64,000 bases of DNA from Daphnia carinata (Eukaryota). The position numbers and the translations under genes are program-made. Location: the NCBI RefSeq assembly GCF_022539665.2, contig NC_081331.1, positions 4,030,001-4,094,000 of the forward strand, written 5' to 3'. Shown here piece after piece: positions 14,078 to 22,719 of this stretch. The notes below the pieces were generated by a model. It had not been told where the DNA came from and ran no database searches. It saw only the letters and a program-made list of their open reading frames with translations. Position 1 is the first letter of the stretch. Every line of letters starts with the position of its first letter.

Positions 14078-17000
14078 TTGTGCTTGTGGGTCTTTGTTCT
14101 CTCCCCCGCCCGTCTTCTGTTACATTCCAAGTCACCTTGCCAAAATTGAACGCTTCATTAGGAATCTGGTTTCTTTTCTTCGCAATCACATACCTGTGCT
14201 TCTCACGCACGGAGGATGGTGCAATGAAATGTTTGAGAAACAAAACTAAAAGGAACTTTGGTGGGAGGGACATTTTTGGACATTGAGTTTTCTCTTTTCG
14301 TAGAAAAGAGACGCCAACCGACCGCTGACATTCCTGCGCTATCCGTTTGATTGGAATTTTTTTGTCCCGCTATTTCACATTCAAATGTGTTGCGTGTATT
14401 TCTACCCACGTGTGTATGTGTTGTGTGGGATGTACACATATCGTTTCTCTGTCGGCCATGTCTAATTTTCTAACTTTTCGTTTTGGATTCTGTGTGTATT
14501 TTTTTCGGGGACGTTATGCTGAATAGGAGAAAACGAGCCCGTGTATAGTGGACGCAATCTGGGCTCGCCCGGCTTTGGCGGACCAGGCGGCATCTTTACT
14601 TACCCCTCTGCAACGGCCAACAACCACCATCCCGTAAGTAGTTTGAATACATTTTTGTATCTCATTAAACAAAAGAATTAATATCTGAAACGTCATTAAA
14701 ATAAAAAAAAATCTAAATAAACCGTTTCTCTATAAAAAGCAGAATGGTATTTACGGCCAGATAGGACAATATCGATCCAATAGCCAGTCCAGCTCTCAAC
14801 ACGTGTCGTTCGCCATGGACCACCCAACGTCGCCTGCATCCGTGGGATCTTCATCGCTCGGTGCAGCCACAGCCGTTCCAAATACGACATTACTTCCGCA
14901 CCCCAATTACAGTCATCAACTCTCAATGGAAGACCAAGGTATTGATCTGACGCAAAGTCCGGGCCGAGAGAGCCCGTCCAGCAGTAGCAGCACGGTCAGC
15001 GTGGGTTTGAAGAGCAACATCAGCGGTGGGAGTAGCAGCGGTAGTGCCACATCGGCCATCCTTGCCGGGTCTTCTTCATGCCGACACAGCACGACCAGCA
15101 CGACGAGTTTAGACAGTGGTCGGGCCTCTGGCACTTATGACGTCCATCATCACCACGCTGCTAGTCAGCGGCATGGGTCTACTTCGTCGTCATCAACCAC
15201 ATCCACCTTCCATCAAGGAGGTCAGCTTTTGTTGGTCCAGCACCAACAACAGCAACGCTTCTGGGGCCAATCGTACGAGAGCTGCTTACGAAATAGCTAT
15301 CACAGCTCTTCGTCCAGCTTGGGCTCGAGTGGGGGCGGAGGGAAAATTGATGACATCCATCGGCTCAACATTAGCGAAATGCTATCTCAAGGAGTGCCGG
15401 TACTTTTGACAGACTTTCGTATTTTACTATCGAAGATTTGTTCCCGTTCTAATATTTTTTTTTTTTTTTGTTCACTGTTATTCCCTAAACAAACAGGAAC
15501 ACGAGATTCTGAACGCCTGGCTAACGGACCTTGGTTTCGAAGAATATTACGATCTCTTTGTCCAGGCAGGCTACGACATGCACACCATCACCAGAATGAC
15601 TCCCGAGGTACATTGGCTAAAAATGGTCTGTGATTATTAAAATAACATGAACCTATTCACCGTTTTCATCAGGACTTGACGGCCATCGGGATTCAAAAGC
15701 CCAACCATCGTAAAAAGCTGAAGGCTGAAATGGCACTACTCCAAGTACCGGATGGGTTGCCCGATTTCAAACCGGTAAGGATTGAGACAAAAGAAAATTT
15801 GAAACAACAATTTTCTGATTTTCATTATATTTTTTTTATTGAATATGATTATGGCATTTCATTCTTCCACAACACAACAGGAAACGCTTGAAGAGTGGTT
15901 AGCTCTGCTAGAACTGGCCGAGTACAGTCCCAGTTTGAGACGCCAGGGCTACAGGACGGTGGAAGATGTTACCCAACTGACTTGGGAAGATTTAGAGGAT
16001 TTCGGAATTCTGCGTCTCGGTCATCAGAAGATTATGCTGGCCATTAAGCGAGTCAAAGATATCCTGGCTGGAAAATACATGCCCATGCAGATGATGCAGA
16101 CTGATCCAATGTCTTCACCAGGGGATGTGCACGACCCGTCTCACCCTTCGTTCCATTACCGGAACGCAACCTCTTCATCGTCGCACTATGCTATACCACC
16201 GTCCATCATGCGGCCCGTCTTCTTCATGCCACAGCAGCAAGCACCGCCGCAATCGCATTATCAGCACCTTCAACAACAACCGCAACAGCAGCATCATGTT
16301 CAGCAACAACAACAGCCAATCTATTATCATTACCAGCAACCGACATACCGGCCGGATGTCGTGGCCATTCAGGTATTTCATTAAACCACGGTTGTTGTTT
16401 TTGGTAGTGTTGTGAAAAACATATTCTAATTTATACCTGTGCTGTTTTAGGTTCACCGGAACAGATCATCTGAAGACGTGCGAGCATGCCAAGCTGGCCC
16501 TGCTGCACATAACGCTGCAGGTTTTGCCGAATCAGGGCCGTTGCAACAGACTTTTTACAAGCCCGGTTGGCGTCAGAGGAGCTATGAGGATGGTGACGTG
16601 ACTCCTGTGAGCGAGCACAGCCATCACCTTTTGCCGCAAGGACAGAACGTGCCAGGCGGTGGCACTTTGCCGCGTCCGCGAGGCACGGTCAAACCTCGCC
16701 CAGTGGCCAAAATCAGCGCCAAAACGAGGGCCGATTGCTGCCCTGACCCATCTGCACACCTCCACGATGACCTTAAAGCAGTGTCCATCAGTCCGCCTGC
16801 TCAGCCTCTATACGGCACGCTGGGAAAAAAGAATCCACCTCCTGCGCCCCCCAAACGGGCCAGCAGCAGTTCGATCACAGGAGAGAGCGACGCAGCTGAA
16901 CCCATTTACGGACGGAGCGCCAAGTCTAGTCCCCTACCGCTCCCGCCTCCGCCGCCCGTCACTGCTGACTCGATGAGCTTGCTAGCCTATTCTGACGACT

Positions 17001-17976
17001 CTGAGGATTTCCCTCCTCCCCCAGCGCCTATTTCGGCATCCGACTCGTACTTGCAGCACGGACAGCACGCCTCCTCGGCCGCCGCCACTGTCCGCCGCCT
17101 CTGTCCGCGAGCGACTGGATAACATTCTCCAGCGCAGCGAAGCAGGTCGTTGGCCTGCGCGCCCCCATTCGCAGCAGCAGTCTCATTATGGGGTTCCTAA
17201 TGCTACGACTAGTCGCCCCAAGTAAAATCAGTGCATTTCATTTCAATGTGGTAATTAATGTGAAATATAATGTTCTTTTTTGTTGCATGGATGGTTTTAG
17301 TAGCACCATGTCCGGCATAAAGATGGTCTCGACCAGAGAGTGCAGTCCCAGCGAAAGTATCGAAACATCAGATACAGAACCAGGCAGTCCGGCAATGGAA
17401 TTCCGCCAACGCCGTAATGGATCCGACGCGAGCTTCAAGGTGGGAATTGAATTGTAGTCTAACATTTTGAATATGGAATTCATGCAACTTGTTGTTTTGT
17501 GGCGAAAGCAGTCGACGTCCAGCACGGAATCGGATTCCATGCCGTTTGCCAATGACAACGCTGGTACAATTAAGCAGAGAAGTGCTCGGGCTCACCCAGC
17601 ACTGGCCGCCTTGACGTATTCATCCTCGTCCGTTGCAGCTGTGCTGTCACCGTCACTTGGACGGCGGGTGCCAACTACGACGCGCGACCACTACCAACAC
17701 TAATCTCGGTCAGCATTGCACCCCTGTCTCTTAAGTACATTTTCTCGTTTGTCCTATTAGCTTGGCTTTTGAAATTCTTTAGCATTTGCTTTAGTTTGAG
17801 CCTCTGCTGCCAATTGAACGCTTGTTTGTCAATGCCACTTTTTTTTATTTCGATTTACAGGAACCAGCGATGTTTTGAATGACATTGGCAACATGTTAGC
17901 TGACTTAACGGACGAACTAGACTCGATGTTGGAAGAGGAGAGCAGTAGCCAGCAGCCGATAAGGCAGAAATCCTAA
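11263..17976 (+). CDS. ckn: Caskin-family adaptor (tandem SAM domains, Pro-rich region, Caskin C-terminal tail); spliced
   Basis: Phase-compatible GT-AG exons: 11263-11713, 13682-14029, 14527-14633, 14743-15399, 15497-15607, 15673-15774, 15881-16372, 16451-(17046 or 17221), 17301-17439, 17512-(~17708), 17861-17976 (TAA). SAM1 reads WLTDLGFEEYYDLFVQAGYDMHTITRMTPE|DLTAIGIQKPNHRKKL. SAM2 reads EWLALLELAEY...LTWEDLEDFGILRLGHQKIMLAIKRV. Also present: motif SMPFANDNAGTIKQR and tail DVLNDIGNMLADLTDELDSMLEE, both typical of Caskins. The 5' end and two 3' junctions are uncertain. Confidence 0.88.
13039..13067 (+). repeat. Poly-G tract (29 G) in a Caskin intron
   Basis: Direct count of the G run. Confidence 0.9.
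14050..14076. repeat. (GT)n microsatellite
   Basis: Uninterrupted GT run just 3' of the donor at 14030. Confidence 0.9.
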
Positions 17977-18659
17977 AAGAAGAATATATATATATAAAAA
18001 AAAAAAAAAAAAAAGAGGGGACGCAAAAAACGTTGTCTGTAATTATATTGTCTTAACCTGGATTTTAAAAAAAGAAAGCGAGAAAACATAATAATAATAA
18101 TTTGCTGACCCCATCCCTTTTCTTCCCTTCGAATGGAAGTTCAGGTTCCAATTTCTGTTAGAAGCAAGCTGCGTCAAAGTGCCTAGTTCACACAGCATGT
18201 CTCGTAAAAGCAAGCATGGTCCATCTGGATTGATGAAACAAAAGTGTTGGAAATTCCTATATTCTTACTTTTTTTTTTTTCTTTTATCCTTCAATATAAC
18301 ACTGGCCCATCTCGATGGAAACCATTTCTTTTTACGTTACGTGACAGTTTTAACTGTTGGGATATTTTTTTTTTTGTTTTTCTTTTTGTTTAACCGTCCT
18401 TTGTTAAATGTTGCCCGCCCACCCAACTTATGTACCTATATTATATTGTATGTAATAAATGTACACGTTTACCGTACTCCCTTTCCTGAGCAGATAAATG
18501 ATGTCTGGAAGCCAACTGCACGACTTTTTCGAGTGGAAAAGAAAAAGAAACGAGTGAAAATCATTAATAGTCGACGATTGATTTTAACCTCTTGTCTCTG
18601 ACCGCCGTTTCAAGTGCTCCTGCCGTTGGTCTCTGATGCTACTTTTGATCTACAACATA

Positions 18660-18665
18660 AATAAA
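18660..18665 (+). terminator. Candidate polyadenylation signal of the Caskin gene
   Basis: AATAAA about 690 nt after the stop codon, just before the foldback/palindrome region. Position only, no transcript evidence. Confidence 0.3.
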
Positions 18666-18803
18666 AAGATTATAGCGAATCGTACCAATTTTATATTTAA
18701 TTCGAGAACTATTTAATTATAGCTATGCTAACAAACACGTTCGATTTGCCTTGGAGAACTAACCATTCAGGAGGAAACACGATACATACATCAAAAAATT
18801 AAA

Positions 18804-18831
18804 AAGTGGGAAGGCTATAGCCTTCCCACTT
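18804..18831. repeat. Perfect 28-bp palindrome AAGTGGGAAGGCTATAGCCTTCCCACTT (copy 1)
   Basis: Self-complementary about 18817/18818; a second copy is at 19071-19102. Confidence 0.95.
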
Positions 18832-18884
18832 AAATGGGGATAGATGTTTAAAAAAAAAAAGAAAATATTTGTTTCCTCGTCAAA

Positions 18885-19341
18885 CCAGCCGTTTTTGTAA
18901 TAAATGGAATTAACGCGCTACTGGCGCGCAAACATTTAACACCCGTTTCTTCCGTTTATTAATAAAGCTATAACCCCAACGTAAAAATAAACTTCATTTT
19001 TGTGATTCTCGTTCAATTTTGAATCGGAATCATATATTTCCCCTCAAATCTAAATTTTGGTCAAAAATAAAAAAGTGAGAAGGCTATAGCCTTCCCACTT
19101 TTGTCAAAATCGGCCAAAAATAAAAACTCTTAGAATCCGATAAAAATCACCACAGAACAAGTAAAATTAAACGCTGAGTTAGATAACGTGGTTTATTTTT
19201 GCGTTAAATCAATGGTTTTTTAATTATACTGAATATTAAACGCAATGCTCGAGTGGTGGTACGATCAGCGCTAGCGCGCCAGTACGCACCAGCGCCAGCG
19301 GGATGCAGCACAAATATTCAATGTATTTCAAAAACGGTTGG
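18885..19341. mobile_element. Degenerate foldback (MITE-like) element centred on palindrome copy 2 (19071-19102)
   Basis: Inverted matches: CCAGCCGTTTTTGTAATAAATGGAAT (18885-18910) vs reverse complement of 19316-19341; GCGCTACTGGCGCGC (18915-18929) vs 19274-19287; AACGTAAAAATAAAC vs GTTTATTTTTGCGTT; TTTTGGTC and GGCCAAAA flank the central 32-bp palindrome (1 mismatch). Mobility is inferred; no TSD was found. Confidence 0.5.
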
Positions 19342-19540
19342 CCCAATGAAAAAAGTAACGACATATTTGTATGGCAATCCGTTTTACATAAAAAAAAAAA
19401 AAAAAATGGCGGAAAAAAAAAAAAAATCGGACTTTTTTCTTTTTTTCCGACACGTAGCCATCTACCGCTCAGACTCGTTATTACTGGCGTAGGCAATTTC
19501 AGTCCATTGGATGCCATTCGCAGTTAGTTCAGTAGCGTGG

Positions 19541-21030
19541 ATGGAGAATAACGCGTGAATGGAGGAACAAATGAAAAATGGATAAGATAATACAACAAAA
19601 GGATGGTAAGTATAAACATTATTATATTGGTTTTCAATTATTAATTATTGTTTATTAGATCAAATTATGAAGCTGCAGGCCCAATTATTGGAACAACACA
19701 AAATATTAGATAACAGCAAATCTAAGGATGGTAAGGCCTAATACGTAATGATTCTATTTATTTGCTTTTATTCATTTGTGTTTTGTAGCTCAAATTTTGA
19801 GTGTACAAGCTCAGCTAGGGGAAAAGAACAAATTGGAATGGAAGAGTTTCCAAACAGTGAAGGAGGTTTTTCCAAACTCATCCCTAACTGAACATGAGGA
19901 TGAATTGGCATTAGGCGAACACAGTCAGGTACCTAAACTTTTCAAATAAGAATTCAAAATAAGTATAGAATTTTAAAAAACAATTATTTATTGTTTAGTT
20001 ATTAGTCTACCACCTGACAGTGTGTTAAAGTTAAATTCTGTTAGTGCTGCACTAAAAGAATGGTTAGTAATAAGTCCATGCAGCGAAGGAAGTGAACAAT
20101 TGTGGGACCGTATTTGGGCTGAAAATGGGTGTGGTACGGAAACCCAGAAATAGCACGAGTTCAACATAAAACATGAATTAGGTACTTTTCGGTTTTTTGT
20201 CTGTCGGAAAAGTATTTTTAATGCTATTATTTTGCATTCACAGATTTTAACGGGGGATCAAATCAAGTCTGGAAGTGTTACAGGATGGAAGAGTGAGCCT
20301 ACAGATGAAAAAACACAGAGTGCATTACCGTAAGGTGTGAGGTAAATTAATAGAGTAATGCAAATTGCCTAATGAGAAGTACCATCTTGTGTTAATGAAT
20401 CCAGTACAACAGCAATCCTTTATAGTTCTGTCACAGCTAGAAGCCTCAAATAATTCTGCTTCTCTGTCTAAAGAACAACTTGTCCTTTACGTCCAGAGTG
20501 TTGGGGAAACTGGGTACTTAAATGGCCCTAAAGATGTTTTAATTTTGCTGCTATTGCAGAGATGAACATCATACATGGACTCTTTAGGTATGAAAGGATT
20601 TTTCTTCAAATAATTTTGAATTTATGACGAAGAATTTCTCCTCCTTTTTGCCAACCAGGTCTTATCTACCAAAAAAAATTTTATCCAATAGGAAAGGATT
20701 TTCATGTACTGGGAACACAACTATCAACAATGCAACATTCTACAGGTGCTAGTTTATCATTCAAGAGCCTTATACAATGAAGTTAATCTGCAATTTGTAT
20801 GTCCTTTCCCAAGCTTCCACCAGAAGTTGAATCTATGAGTCATGTAAGTTCCATGATCAACAATTGATGTGTTTAACGGTGTTGTTTTTCTTTTCTCAAT
20901 ATAGGTTAATAGTAACATTGGATCTGAAAAGATTCTTGGTTGGGGCAAGACACTGAATAAATTGTATTGATTGGATGGATGACATGACATTGCTATACTT
21001 AATTCGGATTCCCCAGACGGTATTTGATAT
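19541..21030 (+). pseudogene. Degenerate intron-rich gene, left palindrome arm (N-terminal coiled-coil-like repeats; unknown product)
   Basis: Short GT-AG introns at 19606-19658, 19731-19788, 19929-19998, 20182-20243, 20342-20436, 20588-20658 and 20844-20904. Spliced exons read MDKIIQQKD-DQIMKLQAQLLEQHKILDNSKSKD-AQILSVQAQLGEKNKLEW. Lesions: TGA 19556-19558, a 1-nt deletion near 20004, TAG 20151-20153. Confidence 0.65.
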
Positions 21031-21104
21031 TAAAAAAATTGAAGTGCATATCTGGGCTCCCTTCTTTTCTGAAGCCCCGTTTCCCCTTGACTCATAATAA
21101 GCCC

Positions 21105-21417
21105 GTAGGGGGTCATGCCCCTACTGTACGGTATATATAAAAACAACATATACCGAGGTTTGGAGGGCTCTGGCCGGAAAGGGGACGTGGGGTGCCGCTT
21201 CGTCCGATGATGTGTTCATGGAGGGTGACGTGGCTGCCCACAAATCCGAACTAAAGGTTAATCGCTCCTGTAAAAATGTTCCAAATCTTCAGCTCTTCTT
21301 CCGGCTTCTCTTAGCCAATCACCGGGTAATCTCCCCGGTGGGTCAACAAGGCAGTGTCTCCCCCTGCCTGGGTTGACGGCAACTTTTGAAAAGGCTATTG
21401 TGCCTTTTTAAAGTTGC
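21105..21417 (+). ncRNA. Putative structured RNA/DNA element (series of hairpins), left-arm copy; family not recognised
   Basis: Stems: GTAGGGG/CCCCTAC (21105-21124), CGGTATAT/ATATACCG (21129-21155), GGACG/CGTCC, GTGG/CCAC, long-range GCCGGAA/TTCCGGC (21173-21179 with 21299-21305), CACCGGG/CCCGGTG, GTCAAC..AGGCAG/CTGCCT..GTTGAC, GCAACTTT..AAAAGGC/GCCTTTT..AAAGTTGC. It is a GC-richer island in AT-rich DNA. Strand and expression are inferred. Confidence 0.4.
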
Positions 21418-21625
21418 AAAAATAATTGTAATGTGCAGAGGATTGTCAATAAATTTTTTTTTATAAAATATTTTTTGCAAAATTCGTTTCTTTCATTGTC
21501 TTTGTTAGCTTTGTTCACATTGCATTTATCAATTTTTTTTTGGCTTTGCTTTATTTGTTTTTGTCACATTAGATGGTAAGGTGACGGGTATTGGTTTATC
21601 GTTTATCTGTAAGCATTCTATTATT

Positions 21626-21685
21626 ATCCAGGGATCGAACCCTGGATGTTCGGCATACCTCGCCGATGCTCTACCAATGAGCCAC
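21626..21685 (-). pseudogene. tRNA-like unit 1 (tRNA pseudogene or SINE head)
   Basis: Minus strand GTGGCTCATTGGTAGAGCATCGGCGAGGTATGCCGAACATCCAGGGTTCGATCCCTGGAT. A-box TGGCTCATTGG, D-stem GCTC/GAGC, anticodon-like stem TCGGC/GCCGA with a 7-nt loop, B-box GGTTCGATCC. No acceptor stem and a non-canonical loop. Confidence 0.6.
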
Positions 21686-21814
21686 AAATCATATGATTTT
21701 AAGTTGGCTTTTTTTTCTAGTCACTTGTGGACTTGCATTTACACTTAGAATAAAACTGAAATGCAATTCTGTAATATACTCTTCTACATTATTCTACCTC
21801 ATTTTTACACATCT

Positions 21815-21873
21815 ACTGAGGTTTGAACCCAGGGTAACAGGTATCGCAGATAAAACCTCTACCACAGAGCTAA
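21815..21873 (-). pseudogene. tRNA-like unit 2
   Basis: Minus strand TAGCTCTGTGGTAGAGG...TATCTGCGATA...CTGGGTTCAAACCTCAG. A-box-like TAGCTCTGTGG, canonical T-arm CTGGG-TTCAAAC-CTCAG, and TGC centred in a degenerate anticodon arm. Confidence 0.5.
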
Positions 21874-21978
21874 GAACCTTATGGATGCAATAGAAAGATA
21901 AACATATAGTTGTGAAAGACTGCATAAACATCCTAGACGATAACATATGATATGCGATAATAAAATATTTAGATATAT

Positions 21979-22044
21979 CTCGTGGCTCAATGTTAGAGCA
22001 TCGGCGTTGCACGCTGAATGTCTGGGGATCGGTTCCCATACGAG
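21979..22044 (+). pseudogene. tRNA-like unit 3 (possibly Ala-TGC derived), inverted counterpart of unit 1
   Basis: CTCGTGGCTCAATGTTAGAGCATCGGCGTTGCACGCTGAATGTCTGGGGATCGGTTCCCATACGAG. D-stem GCTC/GAGC, stem TCGGC/GCTGA around TGC, degenerate B-box, closing CTCGT/ACGAG stem. Confidence 0.5.
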
Positions 22045-22334
22045 TAAAACATAATACAAAATTACTTCATAAAATATCCAGATTGTTACTTAAATCTAAG
22101 TTGAAGAATTCAAAGAGTGTAATAAATAATACTTACAGATAAACGATAAACCAATGGAAACAATGCTTACCATCAAAGGTGACAAAAACAATAAAGGTGA
22201 ATTAAGCAAGCTAAATATAAAAAGTGTAACGTGTGAACACAGCGAATACAGACAATGAAAGAACCGAATTTTGCAAAAAATATTTTATAAAAAAAATTTT
22301 TATTGACAATTCTCTGCACATTACAATTATTTTT

Positions 22335-22647
22335 GCAACTTTAAAAAGGCACAATAGCCCTTTCAAAAGTTGCCGTCAACCCAGGCAGGGGGAGACACTG
22401 CCTTGTTGACCCACCGGGGAGATTACCCGGTGATTGGCTAAGAGAAGCCGGAAGAAGAGCTGAAGATTTGGAACATTTTTACAGGAGCGATTAACCTTTA
22501 GTTCGGATTTGTGGGCAGCCACGTCACCCTCCGTGAACACATCATCGGACGAAGCGGCACCCCACGTCCCCTTTCCGGCCAGAGCCCTCCAAACCTCGGT
22601 ATATGTTGTTTTTATATATACCGTACAGTAGGGGCATGACCCCCTAC
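22335..22647 (-). ncRNA. Putative structured element, right-arm copy
   Basis: Reverse complement of 21105-21417 with only about 2 substitutions seen, one of which keeps pairing as G-U. Confidence 0.4.
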
Positions 22648-22719
22648 GGGCTTATTATGAGTCAAGGGGAAACGGGGCTACGGAAAGGAAGGGAGCCCAG
22701 ATATGCACTTCAATTTTTT

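Noticed and set aside
21105..21417. Hammerhead ribozyme or telomerase RNA identity for the structured block
   Set aside because: No CUGANGA...GAAA core with proper stems on either strand, and no CCUAA-repeat template longer than chance.
21626..22044. Functional tRNA genes
   Set aside because: No proper 7-bp acceptor stems, non-canonical anticodon loops and a degenerate B-box in unit 3; reported as tRNA-like only.
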